Source of the DNA: Candidatus Atabeyarchaeum deiterrae
GTDB lineage: Archaea > Asgardarchaeota > Atabeyarchaeia > Atabeyarchaeales > Atabeyarchaeaceae
DNA length: 64,000 bases
Direction: 5' to 3'
Assembly (NCBI GenBank): GCA_037310415.1
Contig: CP147780.1
Coordinates: 544,001 to 608,000 of the forward strand
The position numbers and the translations under genes were made by a program. The notes beneath the pieces are model-generated. The model searched no databases and was not told the origin of the DNA. It saw only the letters and a program-made list of their open reading frames with translations. Of the stretch, positions 31,926 through 41,597 are shown in pieces (within the stretch, counting starts at the first letter, position 1; each line of letters begins with the position of its first letter).

Positions 31926-32339
31926 TTGGAACTCACTTTGGAGAAGATCATGCTGACATTGGTGGGTCTGTCTTTTGCTTCAATGATCTGCATACCCCTT
32001 ATTGAGAATGGCTTCACCCAGATCTCCGATCAATACGGTTACTCGCAGTTCCAAAGTCTGACGTCGACGATCGATTCAGGGATTTTCATGGTGTTGAACG
32101 GTACGGGTCAGCAGACCTACCAAGGAGACGTCTACGTTCCTCAGCATGTAACGATAAACTCGTCAATAATAGACCATGGAGTTTGGTACCATTTCAACTC
32201 TGGTTCCATCGACACAACCGTGTTCAGGGAATACCCAATAGGTGTGGCAATAAGCTTCAACTACATGCCAGGCTGGTATCGGGTCAGAATAGTTATGGAG
32301 AATAGCTCGCTCATTACTGTCAGCTTCTTTTTCCCGTAA
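31926..32339 (+). CDS. hypothetical secreted/pilin-like protein
   Basis: N-terminal LTLE plus hydrophobic helix, beta-rich remainder. Confidence 0.5.
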   Translation: MELTLEKIMLTLVGLSFASMICIPLIENGFTQISDQYGYSQFQSLTSTIDSGIFMVLNGTGQQTYQGDVYVPQHVTINSSIIDHGVWYHFNSGSIDTTVFREYPIGVAISFNYMPGWYRVRIVMENSSLITVSFFFP

Positions 32340-32607
32340 AGTCGACAACCCTCCGGTGCGAATGTGCAGAGCCTTCTTCACATGATCTGTTTGTTCCAAG
32401 GTATGCTCTTCTTGATAACTGGCATTTATCGTAATTTTTTAATGGTTACTGTATCCATATATTCAGACGGTTACTAATCATTGGAGACGGAGGAAGTTGA
32501 GGCTAGAGTTTCGTCTTGATTTGGAATTGACAAGCGATAGCTCTATTTCTTAGTGTGATACGGTTGAACGTGTGTTAGTCGTAAGAAGTCAGTAGGGTGG
32601 GTCAGTT

Positions 32608-33774
32608 ATACCAACAAATCTGTCACCTCAGTGTTTAGCTGCTAGAAAGAGGTACTTCTATGCTGAGACTCTCAGTGACAAAATAGAGTCTTTGAGAGAG
32701 TACATCTCCCTAGTTCCAAAGCATAAGGGAACTGAAAGACTGCTGAAGCAGCTGAGGTCAAAACTCTCAAAACTTGAGGAGGAGTCACAGAAGCGCCGTT
32801 ACACCAGGAAAGGCTCGACTGCGGCCAGTCTTTTTCACATCAAGAAGGGGGGGTCTGGTCAGGTGGCTCTCGTGGGATTGACTACTTCGGGCCGTTCATC
32901 ATTGTTAAGGTGGTTGACTAACGCCAAGCCAGAGGTATCTCCTTATCAGTTCAAGACCAGAAGTCCAGTGCCTGGTATGATGTCTTATGAAGATGTTCAA
33001 ATACAGTTGGTCGAGATTCCAGCTCTTTATGAAGACGTAAGCTCGGGTAAGGGTTTGGGACCGCAGATCATTGGAGCAATCAGGAATGCGGATGCAGTTG
33101 TTCTAGTAATTGATCTCTCAAGAGATGCAGTCCTGCAAGTAGACTTGACGCTCAGGGAGCTTTTGAATTCGGGTATACGTTTGAACCAGCAACCTCCGAA
33201 AGTTGACATTCAGAGAACAGGAAGTGGTGGGGTTCAGATTTTTGGTACCTCATTATACACAGATAGCATAGATGAGTTGAAGGAGATCTTGTTCAAATAC
33301 TCGCACAACCTCACTTTGCGTCTCTATCAACCTACGACGAGAAAGGAGATACTTGATGTCGTAGACCCACGTATAATGTATAAGAAAGCTATGATTGTGG
33401 CTACGAAGGGTGATATCGCTAGTTCGTCGCAGAATTATGAAACCTTGAAAGAGAATTATGGCAACAGATTCCCAGTTATTCCTGTTTCAGTTGAGAAGGA
33501 CAAGGGAAAGGATGAGTTGAAAGCTGAGATATTCAGAGTTTTGGAGATCATAAGAGTGTATACTAAGGAACCGAGAGAGAAGCCTTCCGAGAGCCCAGTG
33601 ATCCTGAAAAAGGATGCAACAATATCTCTCTTGGCGCAGAAGCTACCGAGGATATTTCAGAAACAATTCAAGTATGCAAAGGTGATTGGTCCATCAGCCA
33701 AATTCGACGTAGAGTATGTTGGAGTGAATCATGTGCTTATGGACAAAGATGTAGTTCAGATTTACCTGACTTGA
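32608..33774 (+). CDS. DRG/OBG-family GTP-binding protein with TGS domain
   Basis: (M)PTNL...PKHKGTE N-terminus from an ATA at 32608; PVPGMM..EDVQIQLVE; C-terminal TGS (HVLMDKDVVQI). Confidence 0.9.
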   Translation: MPTNLSPQCLAARKRYFYAETLSDKIESLREYISLVPKHKGTERLLKQLRSKLSKLEEESQKRRYTRKGSTAASLFHIKKGGSGQVALVGLTTSGRSSLLRWLTNAKPEVSPYQFKTRSPVPGMMSYEDVQIQLVEIPALYEDVSSGKGLGPQIIGAIRNADAVVLVIDLSRDAVLQVDLTLRELLNSGIRLNQQPPKVDIQRTGSGGVQIFGTSLYTDSIDELKEILFKYSHNLTLRLYQPTTRKEILDVVDPRIMYKKAMIVATKGDIASSSQNYETLKENYGNRFPVIPVSVEKDKGKDELKAEIFRVLEIIRVYTKEPREKPSESPVILKKDATISLLAQKLPRIFQKQFKYAKVIGPSAKFDVEYVGVNHVLMDKDVVQIYLT

Positions 33775-33933
33775 TAATAGGATAGCGTCAAATCGTTTCA
33801 TGAAATGATGGGTAGAGGAATGCTGGGATAGCGAGCGGATCGAGGCTGCTTTGCTTCTAGCTTAAATCCCTGAATACAGGTATGTAGAGGAAGACTGTAG
33901 TTTGGAGCTAGTCTAAGGAGAGGAGCTATCACA

Positions 33934-34545
33934 ATGATTCTGTCAGATCGGGATATAAAGAAACTCTTGCAGACGGGTGATCTTGTGATTGAGCCGCTGG
34001 ATCCTGAGACCCAGATACAGCCATCGTCGGTCGACTTGAGATTGGGTGACACGTTCAGGTTGTTCAAGCCTTCGGAGAAGGCTTACATAGATCCGATAAA
34101 CGATAGGGACCTAGAAAAGTACACTGAAGTCATTAAGGTTGAAGAGGGGAAACCATTCATCCTTCATCCCTTTGAGTTTGTCTTGGCATCAACAATTGAG
34201 AGAGTGAAGTTGCCCGACTATCTCGTAGGGAGACTTGAGGGGCGTTCTAGTCTCGGCAGAATTGCCGTGGTCATTCATGCTACGGCTGGATTTGTAGATA
34301 GTTGTTTTGACGGTCATCTTACACTTGAGATGTCGAATGTTGGAAAACTTCCGGTCGCGCTTTACCCTGGGCAGAGAATTTGTCAAGTGGTCTTTGAAAA
34401 GTTGTCATCACCATCAGAGAGACCCTACGGACACCCAGACAGGGAATCAAAATACCAACACCAGCAGGGACCTGAGCCCAGTAGAATATACAGGGATAAA
34501 GAATTGCAGAAAAGGGGCAAGTCGGCGAAGCAACAAAACTCTTAA
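33934..34545 (+). CDS. dcd: dCTP deaminase
   Basis: MILSDRDI, QPSSVDLRL, GRSSLGR, KYQHQQGP. Confidence 0.95.
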   Translation: MILSDRDIKKLLQTGDLVIEPLDPETQIQPSSVDLRLGDTFRLFKPSEKAYIDPINDRDLEKYTEVIKVEEGKPFILHPFEFVLASTIERVKLPDYLVGRLEGRSSLGRIAVVIHATAGFVDSCFDGHLTLEMSNVGKLPVALYPGQRICQVVFEKLSSPSERPYGHPDRESKYQHQQGPEPSRIYRDKELQKRGKSAKQQNS

Positions 34546-34626
34546 ATAACGCAGAACTCATCTAACTCCACGCAACACCGCTTCAATGTAGACTCGCAAG
34601 TGAAACATGAAATGGGTGACTGAGAC

Positions 34627-35139
34627 ATGCCACAACGTCCAGGAAGATGCTACAGAGACATAACCCAGCAGTCATATACTAGGAAGGAATACATACGAGG
34701 AGGACCGCAGTCAAAGATTACCATATTCACAATGGGAAACAAGAGTGCCCCGAAAGAAGAATATCCTGTGCAGATTACACTGTATGCGAAGGAAGCTGCG
34801 CAGATTAGGCATAATGCCCTTGAAGCGGCAAGACAGGCAGCGAATAAGTACCTCTCCAAGAAAATCGGAAAGGACGACTTTCAGCTAACTGTCAGGGTGT
34901 TCCCACACCATATCCTAAGAGAAAACAAGATGATGGCGTTCGCAGGGGCTGACAGGCTGCAGGATGGAATGAAACAGTCATTTGGAAAGGCCATAGGCAG
35001 CGCTGCAAGAGTCCACCCCAAGCAAGCGTTGATCACTATTCGCGTCAAACATGAAACGGTTGAGATTGCCAGAGACGCCTTGCGGAGAGCCGCAATGAAG
35101 CTACCTACGCCCTGTAGAACTGAGTTTGATTCAGAATAG
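34627..35139 (+). CDS. rpl10e: 50S ribosomal protein uL16 (L10e)
   Basis: RPGRCYR, ENKMMAFAGADRLQDGM. Confidence 0.97.
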   Translation: MPQRPGRCYRDITQQSYTRKEYIRGGPQSKITIFTMGNKSAPKEEYPVQITLYAKEAAQIRHNALEAARQAANKYLSKKIGKDDFQLTVRVFPHHILRENKMMAFAGADRLQDGMKQSFGKAIGSAARVHPKQALITIRVKHETVEIARDALRRAAMKLPTPCRTEFDSE

Positions 35140-35295
35140 TCTATTTCCCGAGTTTGCTTTTTGTATTCTCTGTCTCAGCAGCAATGGGTTGGCGCTCCTT
35201 GTTCTCTAATGTCCAGTGTTTATGCTATTGATTATTAAGTATCGTAACTATCATAGAGAAAGCGTCGAGTCTAACGGTAAAAGGAGAGAAGAGAA

Positions 35296-35802
35296 TTGGA
35301 TGAGATTCCAGAGATAGATTCGGAAGCGCTTTTAGATTTGGCAACTTATGCTTTTCTCAGACTAGATGGAGCGTGGTTCATTGCGGCAGCGGAAAAGTAT
35401 GGAGTTGGTGCAGCGACAGATTTAGATGTTAGGGCGTGGGAAACTTTTTCCGAAAGGTTGGCGAAGAGGATTGTGTCAAAGCTGCATCTACAAGGTGAAT
35501 TCTGCCAAGTGCTACCCGTGGTGGCCAGAGTGCAGCAAAGGCTAATGAAGATCAAAGGTGAGGTTTCGTGTATTGATGAGAACAGAGCCATCTTCAGGGT
35601 TAATGATTGTGAAGTCTGGAAAATGGTCAGCAAAGTCTGGACTCGTGAAACAGCGCCTTGCTACAAGGTCACCCAAGCGAGCGTTCGCGGGATGTTAAAA
35701 GGCGCGTTCCCAGGAACAGATTTTACCATAAGCCACAATAAGAAGATCCCGTTGGGAGACTCATGCTGTGAGGTCGAAATAGTCAAAAAGGACTCCAAAT
35801 GA
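35296..35802 (+). CDS. DUF6125/V4R-like protein
   Basis: LDGAWF..A.EKYG..A.DLD..W and spaced Cys residues (DCEVW, PCY, CCEVEI). Confidence 0.6.
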   Translation: MDEIPEIDSEALLDLATYAFLRLDGAWFIAAAEKYGVGAATDLDVRAWETFSERLAKRIVSKLHLQGEFCQVLPVVARVQQRLMKIKGEVSCIDENRAIFRVNDCEVWKMVSKVWTRETAPCYKVTQASVRGMLKGAFPGTDFTISHNKKIPLGDSCCEVEIVKKDSK

Positions 35803-35836
35803 GTTATTGAGACTGAACCTTGTATTCTGAGGGACC

Positions 35837-36382
35837 CTATGGATATTCGATGGTTTTTCCACAGTTTGAGCAGAATCTTGCACCAGGTTCTAGTGAGGTG
35901 CCGCATTCGTCGCAGTACATGGCTACGTTTTGCTCATCTTCGGGGGTTGCTGGAGCCTGTTGTGCTGGACCTGCTTCTTGGAGCGCGTCCTCGATCATCT
36001 GTAGTGTGGATTCTCCATCATCGACCCCAATTCTCAGTATCTTGATTTTACCTTGGTCCCAATATTCGATGACGATTATTGTTCCTGTGAATACCTTTAC
36101 GAAGCCTGCTCCCGGGAATCTTACCTTCTCCACACGATTCATCTCATTGAGTTGAATTGAGGAGACTTTGTACTGGTGCTGTTTCTCGGCAAGCAGTATT
36201 ATTCTGCGATTAGTCAAAATCAGGTGTGATTCGCTGAATGGCGTGGCTGGAACCACTGGCGGATCAACGAGCCTCAATCCAGTTCTCTTTATTAGACGCT
36301 CTCCCGGGTCTAGTGTAATTCCGCCAGGTAGCATTGCCAAATCACCGACGGTTAAGTAACACCTCATAGTATTTAAGGGCAT
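35837..36382 (-). CDS. PH-like domain protein with C-terminal zinc ribbon
   Basis: HLILTNRRIIL PH-like motif; YCDECG...ARFCSNCG. Confidence 0.7.
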   Translation of the reverse strand: MPLNTMRCYLTVGDLAMLPGGITLDPGERLIKRTGLRLVDPPVVPATPFSESHLILTNRRIILLAEKQHQYKVSSIQLNEMNRVEKVRFPGAGFVKVFTGTIIVIEYWDQGKIKILRIGVDDGESTLQMIEDALQEAGPAQQAPATPEDEQNVAMYCDECGTSLEPGARFCSNCGKTIEYP

Positions 36383-36435
36383 AGAATGAAGGCATTTAAT
36401 GAGACGGGGTATCTCTTAACACCAACGCAGGGTGG

Positions 36436-37125
36436 ATGTCTCAGGTGTCTAACAAGGAGCCCAGCGGCGATTCGATAGAAGTCAAGTGGGGAAATCGAGA
36501 CCACCCTTTGTTCGAAGATCTAACTAACGCAACAAGAGATGCCATGGACAAACGCATATCGAGTAACTTCATTGGTGAGAGAGGGGGAAAGGGATTCAAC
36601 CAGAATGATAGGTTACATCTTGAATTCATTAAGGTGCCCAGCGGTAAGGAACTTGAGGAGTGGGAAATGCACTCACGTCACAAAGAAGTGAAGATAAAGG
36701 CATTTGTGGAGATAAGCGCTCAGATTATCAGGGTTAACTCGGTCGAGGATATTGTGATCCAAGATGGCATGTTACTCATTAAGGGTTCCGAACAACAGAA
36801 ACGCAATTCGACTTTATTTTGTTTTCCCAAAAGTGGCGGAATTGCTTACGAGTTGTATGACGTGTCCCCAAGTGAAAGAGTGGACGCGGGTCAGCTCAAG
36901 TTTACCTTCAAGCTTGATATTGACAGAATGAAAGAGACTGGGCATGGCATATTAAGTGAAGACGAAGCTAAGCCTGAAGCGATATTCCGAGTCGACCCCA
37001 TTAAGTCTGGGGAAGTTGACTCCATGGTTTTTGAAGAAAGTGTTCTGATCTATACGAAGACATCTGGGGGAGTTTTGTTGATTGACGCCTTTCCGTCAGA
37101 GACCCAGAGGGCAAACTATAGTTAG
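36436..37125 (+). CDS. hypothetical protein, tandem paralog 1
   Basis: Full-length similarity to 37251-37964. Confidence 0.75.
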   Translation: MSQVSNKEPSGDSIEVKWGNRDHPLFEDLTNATRDAMDKRISSNFIGERGGKGFNQNDRLHLEFIKVPSGKELEEWEMHSRHKEVKIKAFVEISAQIIRVNSVEDIVIQDGMLLIKGSEQQKRNSTLFCFPKSGGIAYELYDVSPSERVDAGQLKFTFKLDIDRMKETGHGILSEDEAKPEAIFRVDPIKSGEVDSMVFEESVLIYTKTSGGVLLIDAFPSETQRANYS

Positions 37126-37250
37126 AGACGGAACTCCGAATAAAGGGATTTAGGAGCTGAGGGGCGTACATAGTAGAAAACTGAATAAGAATGAACGATA
37201 TCAGTATCCAGTAGTAATCTGTGGCCTTGGCATGGTTGATGGATTAGGGT

Positions 37251-37964
37251 GTGCCAAGTGTAACAAAGGGGATATGTGAATTGACTAAAAAGGCGCCAAA
37301 TGGACCTCGGTTGGATATTGATTGGAAGAATCGAGATGATTCTAGGTTCGAGTATCTTACTCCTGATGTAAGGGACTCCATGAACGCGCGTATTTTCAAT
37401 GGTTTCATTGGAGAGAAAGGCGGAAGAGGCTGGAACATTAACAATTACATGCATCTAGAGTTTAGCAAATTGCCTTCCACTAAAGAAACTGAGGCGTGGG
37501 AGCACCGTACGCGTTTTCGGTCTGTTGTTGCAAAGGCGCTTGTCGAGATTGACACCGTTCAGGTGAGGGTAATCTACGTTGATTTTGCCGAGGATAAGAA
37601 AGAGTCGCTTGTGGTTGGAGGCTCAAAAGATCAGGGTTGGCAGTTCACGTTGTACTGTTTTCCGAGTAATTTCAAAGTTGCGTATGAACTGTATGAAGGA
37701 TCTCCTTTTCAGAGGGTAGGCCCTAATCTTGTGACATTTGCCTCAAAGGAGCAGATTGAGAAGAGGAGAGGCCGCTTTGAAATGGTTAATGAGGACAAGT
37801 CGAAGATGGAGGCGACTTTCAAGATAAAACCAGTTTCTTCGGGAGAGGTTGCCTCAATTGTCTTTCGTGACGACGTATTGGTTTATTCTAAGTCGCCTAA
37901 GGATGTTCTGGAAATCGATGCTCATGCGACTGACAACCAGATAAAAACCTACAAGGACCCATGA
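37251..37964 (+). CDS. hypothetical protein, tandem paralog 2
   Basis: Shares W.NRD, FIGE.GG.G.N, HLEF.K.PS.KE.E.WE, AYELY and SGEV motifs with the upstream ORF. Confidence 0.75.
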   Translation: MPSVTKGICELTKKAPNGPRLDIDWKNRDDSRFEYLTPDVRDSMNARIFNGFIGEKGGRGWNINNYMHLEFSKLPSTKETEAWEHRTRFRSVVAKALVEIDTVQVRVIYVDFAEDKKESLVVGGSKDQGWQFTLYCFPSNFKVAYELYEGSPFQRVGPNLVTFASKEQIEKRRGRFEMVNEDKSKMEATFKIKPVSSGEVASIVFRDDVLVYSKSPKDVLEIDAHATDNQIKTYKDP

Positions 37965-38169
37965 CAGTCTGGTGAGGCATTTACTCCGCTCTTATCTTTC
38001 ATGACTGTCAATGTAGTCGGACAAGTCCCCTCTTGTCTCAGTTCTGCACGTTTATAAGAACAATCTTTAAAAGTTAGATTGGCGAATAGTTCATAGCAAG
38101 GTAAGAGTTTCCTTTTGTGAAAACGATAACTCTCGAAGTCACACGGTGGGAAGAGAGGGGTAACGATGC

Positions 38170-38622
38170 TTGAGTCGCAGAACTGCGGAGAATAGTGGCT
38201 CAACTAAAAGAATTGTCGCTAACATAGTTGGTGCAGCGCTCGCTATTATTGGAGTAATTCTTTTTGGAGTTGGCTTTGTTAATTTTGCACAGGCGGGAAT
38301 GGCAGCCGTTCAGGGAGTCGGCCTTGGCGGCTCATTCGGTATGCCAAGTGAGGTTATGAATGCGTTTTCCACTGTGGCTATCGGCATGGCTCTAATGATC
38401 CCTGGATTCTTAATTCTCTACCTCGTTAACATCCGGAGGATCTTTGGGTTCTATGCTAGTGCCGCGACCCCAGCAATCAAGACTGCAGTCAAGGCGGCTG
38501 CTGAGGAGCTAAGAGAAGAAGGCGTCACGTCAGGCGGAAGAGTAAGAATCAGATGTCGAGATTGCGGTGCCCTCAACGACGAGGACGATGATTACTGCGG
38601 CAAATGCGGGAGAAGGCTTTAG
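38170..38622 (+). CDS. membrane protein with C-terminal zinc ribbon
   Basis: Two TM helices plus CRDCGALNDEDDDYCGKCG. Confidence 0.75.
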   Translation: MSRRTAENSGSTKRIVANIVGAALAIIGVILFGVGFVNFAQAGMAAVQGVGLGGSFGMPSEVMNAFSTVAIGMALMIPGFLILYLVNIRRIFGFYASAATPAIKTAVKAAAEELREEGVTSGGRVRIRCRDCGALNDEDDDYCGKCGRRL

Positions 38623-38676
38623 AATCGACTCAGACATAGTTAATCAATGGAGCCTGATTCCTAGCAGTTCTGATTA

Positions 38677-38848
38677 TCTCAGTCGGGACTCCGCTGGCTG
38701 TATCGAATAAGTTTGTGATGCAGATGACAATCAAGAACTTGCTATATATCTGCACTGGTAATGTCTTTCGAAGTCCTGTTGTCGCAGAGATGACGAAGAG
38801 ACTCTTTGGAGAACTGGATGTAAAGGTCGAATCGGCGGCGATCCTTGA
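38677..38848 (+). pseudogene. truncated duplicate of the 5' end of the LMW-PTP gene (direct repeat with 40032-40203)
   Basis: Encodes MQMTIKNLLYICTGNVFRSPVVAEMTKRLFGELDVKVESAAIL, after which homology ends. Confidence 0.85.
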
Positions 38849-39062
38849 CACTCCGAGCTATTCCCAATTTGCTCTTTATCATAAGCGATTCTAAGAACCC
38901 GACTCCTCATCGCGCCTGCGATAGTTCTTCTTAAGTTTCCTATTGCCAGAGAAACCATCCTCGACAACCATTTCTCTTCTCCTTTCGCAGTGAATATATG
39001 CTTGTCTTGCCGTATGTTATTGATGAGGCTTCGGGCAAGTATGCGAGGAGGGTCTAACGGCT

Positions 39063-40028
39063 TTGGGTAGAGAGGTTCTAGCCACTGCGTTTCAAGTTAT
39101 TATGGTCGTTTTGGCGTTAGCTTTGCAGATAGTTGGTGTTTTCATTCTTCCATTCCATTTGGTTCCTTTCAGTTTTTTCGAAACCATCTATGGCTATGAT
39201 TCCCCGTTGGTGCTGCTGCCTTTCCTCATTGCATTCGTTCTGACAGTCACATCAGTGATTATCAAGATTATAAACCTGAAGAAGAAGATCCGGATCAATG
39301 ATGCAGCAATTCTTGCTTACTCGACTGTTCTGTCCTTGCTGCCAGCATGGGTTGTCTTGTGGGCATCGCAGACGGAGTGGCACACAGATCTCATGTATGT
39401 ATACAATCCTCAAATGAGCCTTTTGTCAGGATTCTATGTTTACTCAGCCGGATGCATCTTACTTCTTGCCTCTCAGGCACTGGCACCATTTCTCGCAGTC
39501 GGCCATCTTTCGGCGTCAGATGAAATCTCGAGATGGATTGCAGGGAACAGAGCGAACATTATTGGTGCGATACTCCTGATGTCAGCTGGTCCGCTGTCCT
39601 TGGTAGCAAATCCTGCTTCCCCTGTTTACTCAATAGGATCTTTCTACCCAGATTCTTTGCTTCTTACTGCCGTTTTTCCCCTTCTTGTATCGGTCACCTG
39701 GCTGGCGGTAGCAGTTGCAGCAGATATCTTCATGTGCATTCATTCAAGAAGACACTTGAAGGATTCCCAAGGGTTCAAGCCGCGCCAGTTGATTCCTTGG
39801 ATGTTGCTTTTAATGATAATCCCAGTTTCTAGACAGTACTACCTTGACTTGCCCTTCTGGCAACTGATTACTTTAGTCTCCTACCAAAGTGCTATCTGGA
39901 TTTTCATTGTTGGACAATTTTCCACGATGGTGGTCGCTCCTGTTTTCGTAGGCATACTCTTCGCGATTGATACGAAAGTCCTCAGATCGAAGACACTGGA
40001 AGGACCAAGAGTGGCGAAGCGTTCGTGA
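39063..40028 (+). CDS. polytopic membrane protein, hypothetical
   Basis: About 8 hydrophobic segments. Confidence 0.65.
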   Translation: MGREVLATAFQVIMVVLALALQIVGVFILPFHLVPFSFFETIYGYDSPLVLLPFLIAFVLTVTSVIIKIINLKKKIRINDAAILAYSTVLSLLPAWVVLWASQTEWHTDLMYVYNPQMSLLSGFYVYSAGCILLLASQALAPFLAVGHLSASDEISRWIAGNRANIIGAILLMSAGPLSLVANPASPVYSIGSFYPDSLLLTAVFPLLVSVTWLAVAVAADIFMCIHSRRHLKDSQGFKPRQLIPWMLLLMIIPVSRQYYLDLPFWQLITLVSYQSAIWIFIVGQFSTMVVAPVFVGILFAIDTKVLRSKTLEGPRVAKRS

Positions 40029-40072
40029 TGTTCTCAGTTGAAACTACGCCGGGTGTATTAGGCAAGTTTGTG

Positions 40073-40561
40073 ATGCAAATGGCGATCAGAAACGTGCTAT
40101 ATATCTGCACTGGGAATGTTTTTCGAAGTCCTGTTGCTTCAGAGATGACGAAGAAACTTTTTGGAGGCTTGGGCATAATGGTCGAATCGGCGGGGATTCT
40201 TGAATACGGTGGAGCGCCTCTTCCTGAGAGAATAATTGCTATGGCAAGAGGGTATGGTATTGATTTATCTGAACACAGACCAAGACGGGTGAATACGAGG
40301 CTAGTTGAAGCAGCTGACCTGATTTTGGTCTTCGATGGCAACCAAGTCGGGCAGTTGATAGCGGAATACCCTCAGGCAAGAAACAAGACCTATGCCATTA
40401 AGGATTACGCAGGTTGCCACGATGGTAGGGACATGGAGGATCTTTGGAATAAACCCGTTGAAGTTTTCCAGAGGTTCATAAATGAACTGAAGATCTACGT
40501 GGAAAGATGCGTGAGCAGAATTAGGCTACAGTCGAGCCCCGCAAAGAATGGGATATCCTAA
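40073..40561 (+). CDS. low-molecular-weight protein phosphatase (LMW-PTP/ArsC family)
   Basis: CTGNVFRS P-loop, VESAG, GIDLSEHRPR, ADLIL. Confidence 0.88.
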   Translation: MQMAIRNVLYICTGNVFRSPVASEMTKKLFGGLGIMVESAGILEYGGAPLPERIIAMARGYGIDLSEHRPRRVNTRLVEAADLILVFDGNQVGQLIAEYPQARNKTYAIKDYAGCHDGRDMEDLWNKPVEVFQRFINELKIYVERCVSRIRLQSSPAKNGIS

Positions 40562-40748
40562 TCGGCGAAAGAAGATGATTAGTATTAGTAAGCCGACTAT
40601 CGATTAATCTGATCGATGTAGAATGTCCTCTCGTCTTTTTTTCGGATCCTCTTGTTGTTTTGGAAACTGTTATATCGCACTTCCTCGAGAACAAGATAAC
40701 ACCTATCCTATATTGGAAGAGTTGTGAGAGAAAGAGGGAATTTGACCG

Positions 40749-41504
40749 ATGGTTTACACAGGTTTGCATGGATTGATCGGTCTAGGGGTATCTTGGTGGA
40801 CATCTAAGAAGAAACCTTTGAACATAAGTCCCTCAGGGATCGCGAAGCTTGCCTACGTAATTGGCTGTATGATCCCCGACTTGGATCTTCTTGGGTCAAT
40901 CTTTTTCGTTGTTACTGGGCAGGGACTTGCGGCAGCGACCTCGGTTCACAGAACATACTCGCATAGCTTGATCACGATAGGCATCATAATTCTCTTGGGA
41001 ATTATCATAGGGCGACTTGGCAAGGGTAAGGGTAAATACCAATCGATCCTCGTAGGACTTGGGCTCGGCATGCTTACGCACGACCTTTTCGACTTGCCTT
41101 ACATGGTAGGGGTCTCTCTATTTTGGCCACTGCCAATTGGCACATATATCGCTGACCAAGGAACCTACAGAATTGGCTTGTTCTGGGATCTGCCTGGTGG
41201 GCTTGCCAACTTCAACAGCGCACTTGATTTCCTCTTCGCAGGTCTGTTCTTCTATGCATTGTATGTTCTGGTGCGTCGAGTCAACAAAGAGAATAAAGGT
41301 CTACTTTTGAAGATTCTTATCATACTATCGTTTGCGATCTTCATTGGGCTGGGAGCATGGGGGCTTATGGTTCCGGCAAACGCTTCTACGTTTCTATTGA
41401 TCTACGCGCTTGCAGGGTTGCCTTACCTGTTGCTTATGATCTATATTCCTTACAGGTACAGGAGAGGGATATACGCGATCGGAGAAACAGGCAAGAAAAG
41501 GTAG
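40749..41504 (+). CDS. membrane-bound metal-dependent hydrolase (YdjM-like)
   Basis: H...PDLD...HRTYSHS...HDLFD motif series within TM helices. Confidence 0.85.
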   Translation: MVYTGLHGLIGLGVSWWTSKKKPLNISPSGIAKLAYVIGCMIPDLDLLGSIFFVVTGQGLAAATSVHRTYSHSLITIGIIILLGIIIGRLGKGKGKYQSILVGLGLGMLTHDLFDLPYMVGVSLFWPLPIGTYIADQGTYRIGLFWDLPGGLANFNSALDFLFAGLFFYALYVLVRRVNKENKGLLLKILIILSFAIFIGLGAWGLMVPANASTFLLIYALAGLPYLLLMIYIPYRYRRGIYAIGETGKKR

Positions 41505-41597
41505 CATATCTTTTCCCACCTTTTTTTCATTAAACCGGCAAAGTGTACCGACATAATAGGCGACCCAACGCGCCGGAGATTCTGGGTTTTAGCGACT

